Of a stretch of DNA of 64,000 nt, positions 37,858 through 46,427 are shown piece by piece. The first letter of the stretch is position 1. Each line of letters starts with the position of its first letter. This stretch comes from Dehalococcoidia bacterium (GTDB lineage Bacteria > Chloroflexota > Dehalococcoidia > Lucifugimonadales > UBA3495): positions 11,420-75,419 of the forward strand of contig JAGWBI010000001.1 in NCBI GenBank assembly GCA_021295965.1, in the 5' to 3' direction. A model generated the notes under the pieces. It made no database searches. It was not told where the DNA came from and saw only the letters and a program-made list of their open reading frames with translations. The position numbers and the translations under genes are program-made.

Positions 37858-38269
37858 TTTGCTCGACTCCCCAACGCGCTGGCCATGATCCCAGTATCTC
37901 ATCAACATCGTCTGGCACAATATCCCGCCAGTCTTCCACGGCAGACCCACCAGTGGGAATCTGTTCATTAACTATTGCTTGGATGACGTTCAATCGGTAG
38001 TCAAAACTCCCTTCCGTCTTGTAATCCTCTATCCGCTCAGATACGCGAAAGAGACTATCCCGCAAGGACAGAATCCTACGTATCGAAGCCCGAGCATGTG
38101 GACGTATCACATCGTAATCTGCAGCCTTGGCGGCGTTGCGACCAAATCGGTATGAGCCAAGTAACCCGTTCGCCAACGTCACTATCTGAAAGAGGATATT
38201 TTCAAGCCGGGTTAGATCGCGTATTGGGGATACTGAAATCATCCCGCACAACGCAATCAAGAATGCCAA
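37799..38269 (-). CDS. Hypothetical protein (TTG start; hydrophobic N-terminus, possibly 5'-truncated)
   Basis: The ORF opens right after a TAG, and the in-frame upstream peptide DIPLIGLG continues the hydrophobic segment. It overlaps the next ORF by 59 nt. No recognisable family. Confidence 0.35.
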   Translation of the reverse strand: MAFLIALCGMISVSPIRDLTRLENILFQIVTLANGLLGSYRFGRNAAKAADYDVIRPHARASIRRILSLRDSLFRVSERIEDYKTEGSFDYRLNVIQAIVNEQIPTGGSAVEDWRDIVPDDVDEILGSWPARWGVEQNGNTHGAHTWKNRKNTNVT

Positions 38270-38378
38270 CCCCAGACCGATGAGCGGGATGTCCTACCAC
38301 CATTTAGTGTGGTACGCCGAATCTGCTGGACGCACTCCAAGCGTACCTCCGCGAGTTCGTGCTCAGGTGTGCCCCGCC

Positions 38379-39377
38379 CTACGACTGCGTCAACTCCCGC
38401 ACCGTCTCGGTCAGGGCCGGTATGATGGTTTCCCAGTTGCCCACCACGCCGTAGCGGGCTTCTTTGAAGATGTTGGCGTCGGCGTCGCGGTTGATGGCTA
38501 CGATGGCCTTGGATCCGCTGCAACCGGCCATGTGCTGGCTGGCGCCGGATATGGCTACCGTGATGTACAGGTCGGGAGTGATGGTCTTGCCGGTCAGGCC
38601 CACCTGGTAATTGGCAGGAACCCAGCCGGAGTCCACGGCGGCCCGGGAGGCGCCGACCGCGCCGCCCAGCAGATGGGCCAGCTCTTCCAGTTGCGAGAAT
38701 GGCTCGGGTCCACCCAGGCCGCGCCCGCCGGACACCACGATGCGGGCGTCCTCCAGCTTGATGCCCTCGGCCTCTTCCCTGACGACGTCCACCACGCGGG
38801 TTCGCGCCGCCGATGCGTCGATCTCCACGGGGAACGAAACCGTTTCGCCGCTGCGGGATGCGTCGGCTTCCAATGGCTCGTAGGTCTTGGGACGGATGGC
38901 GGCGATCTGCGGCGTCTGGGTGCAGCTGACCACGGCGATGGCGCTGCCGCCGTACACGGGACGGTTGGCCAGGAGCCGGCCGCTGCTGGCGTCAGCGGAC
39001 ACTTCTAGGCAGTCCTGGGCCAGACCCACGCCGAGGCGGAAAGCCAGCCGGGGGGCCAGTTCGCGGCCCTCGTTGTTGCGGGCGATGAGGATGATGCTGG
39101 GGTTGGCGTCGGCGGCCAGGGCCTGCATGGCGGCCAGAGAAAGGTCAGGATGATAATCAGCCAGCGAGGGATTGGTCACCGCATAGGCTTTGTCCGCGCC
39201 GTGGGCGATGGCCTGTTGGGCCGCGTCGCCCACGTCAGAACCGATGATGCCGATGGCCAGTTCCTGTCCGAGGGTGTCGGCCAACGTGCGGCCGGCGGCA
39301 AGCAATTCCAAGGCCGTGGAGGCCAACTGCCCATCGGGGGCGTCGCCGAAAACGAGGATTCCGGTAGCGTCTGCCAT
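38379..39377 (-). CDS. etfA: Electron transfer flavoprotein alpha subunit
   Basis: C-terminal FAD-binding region [11 protein letters not shown]...[28 protein letters not shown]. Confidence 0.85.
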   Translation of the reverse strand: MADATGILVFGDAPDGQLASTALELLAAGRTLADTLGQELAIGIIGSDVGDAAQQAIAHGADKAYAVTNPSLADYHPDLSLAAMQALAADANPSIILIARNNEGRELAPRLAFRLGVGLAQDCLEVSADASSGRLLANRPVYGGSAIAVVSCTQTPQIAAIRPKTYEPLEADASRSGETVSFPVEIDASAARTRVVDVVREEAEGIKLEDARIVVSGGRGLGGPEPFSQLEELAHLLGGAVGASRAAVDSGWVPANYQVGLTGKTITPDLYITVAISGASQHMAGCSGSKAIVAINRDADANIFKEARYGVVGNWETIIPALTETVRELTQS

Positions 39378-39403
39378 TTTGTACTCCGTTGGTTAGTTCC
39401 GAC

Positions 39404-39432
39404 GTAGGGGCGGATTTGGAACCCGCCCCTAC
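39404..39432. repeat. Hairpin GTAGGGGCGG-N9-CCGCCCCTAC (variant of the GTAGGGGCG palindrome family)
   Basis: 10-bp perfect stem read directly, in the etfB-etfA intergenic spacer. Confidence 0.6.
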
Positions 39433-39453
39433 CACTAGCGACAGTTGGGGCAG

Positions 39454-40254
39454 TTAGATCAGCCGGTCTTCACGCAGCTTGAGGGCCAGCTTGCGTGCAG
39501 CGTCAACGTCGTCGTCGCCTTCTATGATCTCGCAGTCCTGCTCCCGCTGGGGTACGAAGAGGTCGTGCAGCGTGAGGCGCGGTTCCATCTGACCCGCGTC
39601 CAGGTCAAGGTCGCCGGTGGTCCAGACGGTGGGCCGCTTGCGGGTGGCCGCCATGATGCCGCGCAGGGTGGGATAGCGGGGCTGGCCCAGCTCGTTGCTG
39701 ACGGTCACCAGGGCTGGCATATCGGCTTCAACAACTTCGAAGCCGTCTGGGGCGAGCCGTTCCACCACTACCTTGCTGTCCCGCACGTCCACCTTCTTCC
39801 CCAACGTGACGCAGGCCATGCCCAGCGTCTCGGCGACGCCAAGGGGAACCTGCGCGTTGTCCCAGTCGGAAGCCTGACGGCCACAGATGATGAGGTCAAA
39901 GCCGCCCAGCTTGTTGATGGCGGCGGTGAGCAACTGGACGGTGAAGAAGGAGTCCACCGAGTTGGCGAAGGCGTCGTCCTGCAACAACACCAGTTCGTCG
40001 GCGCCCATGGACAGGGGCTTTTTCATCACGTCCAGGGCAAAGGTGGTGCCGGAGGAAATTACGGTAACGTTGGCGCCCTGGGCGTCCTTGATTTGCAGGG
40101 CGGCTTCCACGGCGTTTTCATCAAAGCCGTTGACGACGGGCGGGATGTTGGGTGGGGGGACCACCTGGCGGGCGTCGGGGTCAATACGGAAGGCGGCGGC
40201 CGGCATTTCGGGGTCAACGACCTGCTTGGCCAGCACGCAAATGTTCACGGGCAT
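39454..40254 (-). CDS. etfB: Electron transfer flavoprotein beta subunit
   Basis: MPVNICVLAKQVVDPE...RIDP...NGFDENAVEAAL is a typical EtfB. Confidence 0.85.
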   Translation of the reverse strand: MPVNICVLAKQVVDPEMPAAAFRIDPDARQVVPPPNIPPVVNGFDENAVEAALQIKDAQGANVTVISSGTTFALDVMKKPLSMGADELVLLQDDAFANSVDSFFTVQLLTAAINKLGGFDLIICGRQASDWDNAQVPLGVAETLGMACVTLGKKVDVRDSKVVVERLAPDGFEVVEADMPALVTVSNELGQPRYPTLRGIMAATRKRPTVWTTGDLDLDAGQMEPRLTLHDLFVPQREQDCEIIEGDDDVDAARKLALKLREDRLI

Positions 40255-40274
40255 CAGGAATGCACTCTCCTGTC

Positions 40275-40317
40275 AAAAAACGAAAATGGGCTATGTGAAA
40301 GTTATCACTAGCCCATT
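40275..40317 (-). terminator. Rho-independent terminator after the aldo/keto reductase gene
   Basis: On the minus strand, AATGGGCTA-N15-TAGCCCATT is followed by TTTCGTTTTTT. Confidence 0.6.
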
Positions 40318-40399
40318 CCAGTGTCAAATGATTGACGAAATCGTAGCAACTACGCCACGTTTCCGTCGCAAACGGGATTGCCGATTTCCAAGTCTGGCA

Positions 40400-41407
40400 T
40401 CAAATTTCGCGGAACTCCGGTTCGGCGGGCTCGATATAGAAGTTGTTGGCCCACAGGTCGTCGATGATGGCCTGATCGCCCTCGGTGATAGGCGGCGTTT
40501 CCACGGCGTCGGAATACTCTTTCAGTTCTTCCAGCGTGGTGAAGTTGGGCAACACGCTGGTGATGGTGGGCTGGTGCAGCACGAACTGGATGGCCGCCTG
40601 GCTCATGCTCCGCCCGACTTCCTCGCCCGCCAGGAACTTTACCTGGTCCACCTTGACCAACGCCTCGCTGAGCCACTGGTGACGGCGATACGAGCGATGG
40701 TCGTTTTCGTCGAACTCGGGCGGCGCATCGTACCGTCCCGTCAGCGCCTCGGAGGCATGGGGAACGCGGGACAGCAAACCCACCTGCTCCTTCTCGGCGA
40801 TGGGGAAGAAGTCCTTGGCCGGATCCTGCTCCAGGATGCTGTAGATAATCTGGCAGCTATCGACGTGGCGCTCCTTCATGCTGGCTTCGCCCTCTTCAAA
40901 CCAGCCGATGTCGGGGCCGAGGGCCGACCCGTAGTAGCGGATTTTCCCCTCGTGCTTCAGCGCCTCCAGGGTCTCGAATACGTCGTCGTCCTCGATGGCG
41001 GCGATGCGGGGGTTGTGCAGTTGGTAGAGGTCGATATAGTCGGTATTCAACCGGCGCAGAGACTGCTCGCAGGCGAACCGGATGAAGTCCGGCTCGAACT
41101 TCTGCGGACGTTCCTGGTGGCCGACGCGGGGCGTGGTCTGGTCGTAGATGTCATAGCCGAACTTGGTGGCGATGATCATGTCGTGGCGACGGTGGCTCAT
41201 GAACTTGGCGAGGACCTCTTCGCCGTAGCCGTCGCCGTAGGTGTCGGCCGTGTCGAAGAAATTGATGCCCAGTTCCAGGGCCTCCTCCAGCAACTGGCGG
41301 CGCGTCTCCTCAGGGATACGACCCCACCAATTGGTGGCCACGGTCCAAACGCCGAAGCCCACTTCGGAAATCAAAAGATCGGTGCGGGGAAGTTGGCGGT
41401 ATTTCAT
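40400..41407 (-). CDS. Aldo/keto reductase
   Basis: GINFFDTADTYGDGYGE and overall AKR pattern. Confidence 0.85.
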   Translation of the reverse strand: MKYRQLPRTDLLISEVGFGVWTVATNWWGRIPEETRRQLLEEALELGINFFDTADTYGDGYGEEVLAKFMSHRRHDMIIATKFGYDIYDQTTPRVGHQERPQKFEPDFIRFACEQSLRRLNTDYIDLYQLHNPRIAAIEDDDVFETLEALKHEGKIRYYGSALGPDIGWFEEGEASMKERHVDSCQIIYSILEQDPAKDFFPIAEKEQVGLLSRVPHASEALTGRYDAPPEFDENDHRSYRRHQWLSEALVKVDQVKFLAGEEVGRSMSQAAIQFVLHQPTITSVLPNFTTLEELKEYSDAVETPPITEGDQAIIDDLWANNFYIEPAEPEFREI

Positions 41408-41411
41408 GGTG

Positions 41412-42023
41412 TCATCTTCCTTGGGTAGCGTTGCTGAGCCAGCGGCTCATGCCTTCGATGAAATCGTCCCTTACCGGGCCGGACGCGCCGCAGAATTCGG
41501 CGATCAACTGCTCTTTGAACGCCTGTGGGTCCTGGCCTGATAGCACTTCGTAAGTGTCAATTGGGTCACAGGCGATGTTCATGTTTTCGCCGTCGTTAAC
41601 CCATCTGTTGACCGGCATCCCCAGAGGTTCGGCGCTGCCGGGCCAAGTGGCATCCACGGTCATCCAGCCCCTGATTGTTTTCAACCTGAGGTAGGTGTGA
41701 ACGTCAGGAACAGGTTCCTGAGCAACCAACGCCCGTAACTCCGGCGGAAAATGCCCCGTGTTATCCAGCGTGAAGCGATGTGTACACATGATGACGCGGG
41801 AATCCATCCCTAACTGGCGGAAGATTCGGTCAAGCGCGTAATGCTTGCCGGAACAGGTGCCGCGCCATTCTTGAATGATGGCTTCCGGCTGCCGAGAGCT
41901 GGCCCGCTGATACGGAATATCCCGCACCAGCGCGAAGGCGGTAGCTGGCGTGAGGGTTTCACCGGCGGGCAGCAGGTTTCGCCAGCGGCTTTCCTGTTCC
42001 AGCAAGGATAGGAGGGTTGACAT
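41412..42023 (-). CDS. Transglutaminase-like (Cys-His-Asp) superfamily protein
   Basis: WRGTCSGKHYALDRIFRQLGMDSRVIM (Cys), PDVHTYLRL (His), GWMTVDATW (Asp) follow the transglutaminase-core order. Lies only 2 nt after the upstream ORF stop. Confidence 0.55.
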   Translation of the reverse strand: MSTLLSLLEQESRWRNLLPAGETLTPATAFALVRDIPYQRASSRQPEAIIQEWRGTCSGKHYALDRIFRQLGMDSRVIMCTHRFTLDNTGHFPPELRALVAQEPVPDVHTYLRLKTIRGWMTVDATWPGSAEPLGMPVNRWVNDGENMNIACDPIDTYEVLSGQDPQAFKEQLIAEFCGASGPVRDDFIEGMSRWLSNATQGR

Positions 42024-42025
42024 GG

Positions 42026-42484
42026 TTATGCCTTGTCGTTCGGGGACGGAGCGGCGGGATAAACTTCACGATGATTAACCTGCCGGGCCAGTATAGCCAC
42101 AACGTCAGTATCATCCTCAGTGTACCCGAAGATGCCAGTGTGTGAAGGGTCGTGTGATTCACCCAAAGTTGCGATTTGAATGTCCATGTCCAAATCACTC
42201 TTGCACACCGCAATGGCAGTACCGACATTAAGGACAGCAAACGCCGTATTACCCCTGACGCGAAAGCCTTTGTCGGTCAGAGCCTGCCGAACTCCGGCGA
42301 TTTGCGCTTGCCGGTCCGCATCGTGAAAGTGCTCCAGCCAGTTGGTGGAGAGGTATTTTTCACCGGGCCGGAGCCGGAAGGCGTTTTCTTGTGGCACCCC
42401 GTTGACCATATCACGTGCCCGGCAGTATCGGGCCACATGGTGGTGCCCCAATAACCGTCCTCGTTGAGCAGAGGCTAGCGACAT
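42026..42484 (-). CDS. Hypothetical protein (152 aa), fourth gene of the AIPR operon
   Basis: The ORF overlaps the upstream gene by 10 nt. His-rich conserved-looking patches (GHHHVARYCR, YLSTNWLEHFHD, ESHDPSHTGIFGY). No family recognised. Confidence 0.5.
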   Translation of the reverse strand: MSLASAQRGRLLGHHHVARYCRARDMVNGVPQENAFRLRPGEKYLSTNWLEHFHDADRQAQIAGVRQALTDKGFRVRGNTAFAVLNVGTAIAVCKSDLDMDIQIATLGESHDPSHTGIFGYTEDDTDVVAILARQVNHREVYPAAPSPNDKA

Positions 42485-42915
42485 TTAAGCAGTCCTTCTG
42501 CGGCCAATTTTCGCGTAATCGTTTTGCTGGTCGTAGTTTTTCTACCACCACGAATGTTGACAAATTTGCCGTCGCGGTCGGTAGCAGTGAACGTAACTTT
42601 GTCACTATCTACAAACCATAAAGCGGCGTTCCTTTTGTCTTCAAACCGCAACCCGACGCAAAGCCAGCCCTCTTGCGAGCAAGTCAGATCAATCTTGCCT
42701 TCGGTTTCCACCGCGCCGAAAAAAGCCACGAACCCCCGGGCGCTTTCGAGGGTCAGCGGAACATCGCCGTTATCCAGATCTTCATCGGAGGCAAAGTAGG
42801 CCAAGCGGTCGGCCAGGTCGGGATGGCCCCAGCCGCGCAGCACGTCGTCCACCTCGGCGATGGAGCGAAGGCGGGCGATGGCGTCCGAGGGGAGGGGGCG
42901 GGGGGTGGTGGTCAT
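42475..42915 (-). CDS. Hypothetical protein (146 aa), third gene of the AIPR operon
   Basis: ATGA overlap with the AIPR stop. No family recognised. Confidence 0.5.
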   Translation of the reverse strand: MTTTPRPLPSDAIARLRSIAEVDDVLRGWGHPDLADRLAYFASDEDLDNGDVPLTLESARGFVAFFGAVETEGKIDLTCSQEGWLCVGLRFEDKRNAALWFVDSDKVTFTATDRDGKFVNIRGGRKTTTSKTITRKLAAEGLLKCR

Positions 42916-44744
42916 GGTGGTGGCAGATTGGCAAACGGGTTGCCGAAGGTTCGCGCTAATCGTGATGCCCCCTGCAAATTGGATTCTATCAATCGGTAGC
43001 TTGCAGCAGTACGGAAAAATTCTCTGTCATTGCCCGTGAATGTTCCACGGTCCTCGGCTTCCTGTCGAGAGTTTCTGATCGCGGCAACTGCAACTGTGTA
43101 CATAGGCACCAACCAGCCGTCAACCTGTTCGGCGATTGTTACCGCCCGATGGGCTGGAAAGAGGTTGCCTTGGAGTTGGTAATGCTCACGCAGTAGGTTA
43201 CCCATGAGCCAAACGATATGAAAGCGAGCGTACTCCAGCCAATCCTCTTCGGTTTTGTCGTTTTCCACTTGCTTCCACACATTGCTCTGCACTACTGCTG
43301 GGAGCAACAACTGCGCGGCGGCGATGTTCTCTGTATAGATGGCATCGTAGCTGAATTCACTCTCGCGAGCTATGGACGATACGGGTTCTTTGTTAAGAAA
43401 TGCCCGGATTTTGTCTTTTGCTTCCCCTGGAAATCCTGCGAATGATACAACTGCCTGAGCAACTTCTTTGCTGGTCAGCTTTCTGTATCCTCCTTCCGGT
43501 CGCCGGTACTGTTCTTTGGCAGTCGCTCCACCGAGCATTTTGTCCCATTCGCCTCGCTTGATTTGATAAAACCAAGGTGGCGTCATCCCCATAGACTCGC
43601 GTTGGAGTCTGATTTGTACAGCCTCGTTGGAAGTGAAGTCTTCTGCGCGCAATGCAGTTTGACTGTTGGTAGTTGCCGCAATGGTGTTTGCAAAATGCGA
43701 AGGGCACGCTGTGAGTTTGACCGTGACCAAGACACCGGGATCGTTTTGGACAGCGGCTCTCGCGTTCCAGAGAGTAACCGTAGTTTGGCAACCATTGATA
43801 ATCTGAAAGTCGCGTACAATTAGCTGATCCCCTTCCAACCGATATGCTTCGCAAAACGCAGTGATACCGTTGTTAAGCAGGTGGAATCGCCTGCGGTCTA
43901 TTTCATCAAGTAGCGTGCGCTTGATTGATGTGTTCACTTTATTACCCAGAGGCCCCCGGGGATTCAGCCGGAAGATTCTAAAGCCGTGCCTTGCAAACAC
44001 GTCGATAATCTGCTTGACCGGTACCGTCATTGACAGAGTACGGTATTCAGTATCGGGATGGGTTTGGTGGTAAGACTCCGGCTCCAGCTGAAAAGTGAAA
44101 TCACACGGCGTGAGAACGTCATCGCTTACCTGTTGATTTTCGTGCTGCTCGTATAGATCATCCAAGTCCAAGCATTCCAAGGTCACTGTAACGTCAGTGG
44201 GGTTGCCGCCAACGTCAAAGGTCAGTACCCGGGAGCGATTTGTTTCGGCGTTTCGTCGCCCGGTGGGACTTAACCTGCCGCTGGTAGCCCAAATCATATT
44301 TATTGAGCAGGACCTCTCCCGTGACGCCAGCCGTTTGACGAGCTCATCATGAAGGGCCTTGGTCTCAAAATTGTTGCAAGCGGCAACCTCGTTGGCGTTG
44401 AGCAAGCGGATGGGGGCGTTTAAGAACGCTGCAAACTCCCCAGCCCCCATTGTAGTCCCCGGTTCGCGGCGCTTGCTTTGGAGCAGATGAATGACTGAAT
44501 CGTCATCGGATTCCGGAATGAAGTACCCGTCAATCTCGAAATCATCAGTGCCTTCAATGGCGGTAGCCTCAACTATGTCGTTCCCCTGGACATCGTGACC
44601 CACGCCAAAAACTGTAGCAAACCCCCAATGGCGAAAGCCCCGGTCGAGGTTGCCACCATAGTATTCGTCGGCCGCTTCTTCAATGAACGGCAGTATGTGG
44701 TCGTAGCGGTCTTGGGCCACTTGCCGTCGGCTGGTCATGGTCAC
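42912..44744 (-). CDS. AIPR family abortive-infection protein (N-terminal PD-(D/E)xK-like module plus AIPR domain)
   Basis: DDFEIDGYFIPESDDDSVIHLLQSKRR (D...Q-x-K nuclease-like motif) and the AIPR hallmark LLNNGITAFCE...FQIINGCQTTVTL. Confidence 0.8.
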   Translation of the reverse strand: MTMTSRRQVAQDRYDHILPFIEEAADEYYGGNLDRGFRHWGFATVFGVGHDVQGNDIVEATAIEGTDDFEIDGYFIPESDDDSVIHLLQSKRREPGTTMGAGEFAAFLNAPIRLLNANEVAACNNFETKALHDELVKRLASRERSCSINMIWATSGRLSPTGRRNAETNRSRVLTFDVGGNPTDVTVTLECLDLDDLYEQHENQQVSDDVLTPCDFTFQLEPESYHQTHPDTEYRTLSMTVPVKQIIDVFARHGFRIFRLNPRGPLGNKVNTSIKRTLLDEIDRRRFHLLNNGITAFCEAYRLEGDQLIVRDFQIINGCQTTVTLWNARAAVQNDPGVLVTVKLTACPSHFANTIAATTNSQTALRAEDFTSNEAVQIRLQRESMGMTPPWFYQIKRGEWDKMLGGATAKEQYRRPEGGYRKLTSKEVAQAVVSFAGFPGEAKDKIRAFLNKEPVSSIARESEFSYDAIYTENIAAAQLLLPAVVQSNVWKQVENDKTEEDWLEYARFHIVWLMGNLLREHYQLQGNLFPAHRAVTIAEQVDGWLVPMYTVAVAAIRNSRQEAEDRGTFTGNDREFFRTAASYRLIESNLQGASRLARTFGNPFANLPPP

Positions 44745-45079
44745 ATTCCCAAATGCAACATGATCGCATCGCCCCGATAGGGCAAATTGTCAACCCATTG
44801 CAGCAGCGTTGCCCGGTCAGAAGCGTCCAGGTTCTTCTTCACAGCCCAACCATCGGCGCGCCTGAGTAACACATCCCGCTCGAACTCGTAGAGGGCATTG
44901 CCTTCCCAGCCATCGCCCCAAGTTGGTTCATAGTCGAACGTGTCAAACTCGTTTCCCACGTCCGAGTCGGTCATCAAGTCTTGCAGAAACCCGTACATCG
45001 GTTGCCCGGGCTGCTCCAAGTATTCGATGGTCACCACCCCAATGTCCAGTCCCATCGCCATTGCCTCGCAAATTGGCAT
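44741..45079 (-). CDS. Hypothetical protein (112-126 aa), first gene of the AIPR operon
   Basis: The stop overlaps the AIPR GTG start (GTGA). Start is either ATG at 45079 or TTG at 45121. Acidic, Trp/Gly-rich (EPTWGDGWEGNALYEF). No family recognised. Confidence 0.45.
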   Translation of the reverse strand: MPICEAMAMGLDIGVVTIEYLEQPGQPMYGFLQDLMTDSDVGNEFDTFDYEPTWGDGWEGNALYEFERDVLLRRADGWAVKKNLDASDRATLLQWVDNLPYRGDAIMLHLGM

Positions 45080-45148
45080 GGCTATAGTTTTGCGGACCCG
45101 GAAGCAGGCGTCAACAACCAACTGTCATCAATTTCGCATCGGCGCCCA

Positions 45149-45739
45149 CTACGCCGGCACCAATCCCAAGCTTCCCCGCACGGCTTCTACCATCTCGCCG
45201 AACCGCGCGTCGTCAATCACCGGCCTCGCGTTGCCCAAGCGAACGGTGGGGATAATATCCACCCAGGACTTGCAGCCGCCGTACTCGGGGATGTAGGACA
45301 CGGTGGTGGGCGATTCCATCTCGTAAACCCGCAGCAGCATGATGGTCAGCGGCACCATGGGCTTCCAGTGCAGGCGAGACTGGGCGTAGGTGTCGGTCCA
45401 GATGTGGTGGGGCGCCAGGTCTTCCACCTTGCCCTGCTGATCGATCTCGATGAGCTCGTGGACGCGGGCCCAGTGGGTGAATGTCACGGCGTCCTTGTCG
45501 TCAGGGTCGTCAGCCAGCAGTTGCCGCAGCGTGGGCTGGTGGCTGTCCTTGAGCAGCTCTTCCTTCTGATGCAGGTAGGTGGGATAGAGCAGGAACTCGG
45601 GATGCACCACGCGGAAGTCCTTGCTCTCCTCGTGGATGCCGCCCTTGCGGAGCATCATGATCTGGTCGCCATCAGCCAGCGCCTTCACGGTTATCGCCCA
45701 CTCTTTCAGGGCCAGTTGGCAGGTTGCGGGAGTGGTCAT
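45149..45739 (-). CDS. DUF1802 family protein
   Basis: Start MTTPATCQLALKEWAITVKALADGDQIMMLRKGGIHE at 45739. The listed longer ORF reads through MITE copy 3. Confidence 0.55.
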   Translation of the reverse strand: MTTPATCQLALKEWAITVKALADGDQIMMLRKGGIHEESKDFRVVHPEFLLYPTYLHQKEELLKDSHQPTLRQLLADDPDDKDAVTFTHWARVHELIEIDQQGKVEDLAPHHIWTDTYAQSRLHWKPMVPLTIMLLRVYEMESPTTVSYIPEYGGCKSWVDIIPTVRLGNARPVIDDARFGEMVEAVRGSLGLVPA

Positions 45740-45781
45740 GGCGTCAACCTCCGTTGTAATTGCCTCGGAAACTTTTGAACT

Positions 45782-45883
45782 GTCATTGCGAGGAGCGTAG
45801 CCCGATCTTTGACAAATCTGGCAATCGCGCGCCGAGGGATGCACATTACCATAACGAGATTGCCACGCTGCCCTCGCAATGAC
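45782..45883. mobile_element. MITE-like palindromic element, copy 3
   Basis: GTCATTGCGAGGAGCG...TGGCAATCGC...GAGATTGCCACGCTGCCCTCGCAATGAC. Confidence 0.6.
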
Positions 45884-45902
45884 AAGGGGCTGCGGTCGGA
45901 GT

Positions 45903-46376
45903 TTACTTCTCCCGGTTGCAGAACTCTCCATAGTCGGGTACGTCTTCGCCCAGCACGTACATCCAGTAGTAGGTGCCGGTGTCGCCCATGTACTTGAACT
46001 GCTTGCGCACGTCCTTCAGCACGCCGTAGAAATCGCCGTGGGAGCGCAGGTAGTTGCGGATGTCGCCGCCGTATTCTTCCTCCAGCTCGATAAGCCGCTG
46101 AGCATTGTGGACGGTGGCGACGATCTTGCGTCGGTTGCGGATGATGGCAGTATCAGCGGCCAGCGTGTCAATCGCGGATTCGCCCATCGCGGCAACCCTC
46201 GCCACGTCGAACCCGTGGAAGCCGGCCTGAAAGCCGGGCCACTTGGTGTTGACCACCTTCCACGACATCCCGCTCTGGAAGACGGCTTTGGTCATAACTT
46301 CCAGGTAGTCGTTCAGGCTCTGCGGCACGATCTGCGGCGGCGCTTCCGGGTGCTGCCGTTCCTGATGGGTGGCCAT
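45903..46376 (-). CDS. tag: DNA-3-methyladenine glycosylase I-like protein
   Basis: VMTKAVFQSGMSWKVVNTKWPGFQAGFHGFDVARVAAM...AIIRNRRKI matches the Tag core (QAGLSW...F.FD...IIRHRGKI). It lacks the N-terminal Zn-binding Cys of E. coli Tag. Confidence 0.6.
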   Translation of the reverse strand: MATHQERQHPEAPPQIVPQSLNDYLEVMTKAVFQSGMSWKVVNTKWPGFQAGFHGFDVARVAAMGESAIDTLAADTAIIRNRRKIVATVHNAQRLIELEEEYGGDIRNYLRSHGDFYGVLKDVRKQFKYMGDTGTYYWMYVLGEDVPDYGEFCNREK

Positions 46377-46399
46377 TGGAATTGACTCCTTTTGGGGTC

Positions 46400-46427
46400 G
46401 TAGGGGCGAATAATTATTCGCCCCTAC
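46400..46427. repeat. Perfect 28-bp palindrome GTAGGGGCGAATAATTATTCGCCCCTAC (copy 1)
   Basis: Read directly. Identical copy at 59031..59058. Its CTA supplies the TAG stop of tatD. Confidence 0.85.

Noticed and set aside
42026-42484. Possible R-S-E type ADP-ribosyltransferase signature in the 152-aa AIPR-operon protein (ARY ... STN ...).
   Set aside because: No convincing E-x-E or catalytic Glu at the expected distance. The resemblance rests on two short motifs only.
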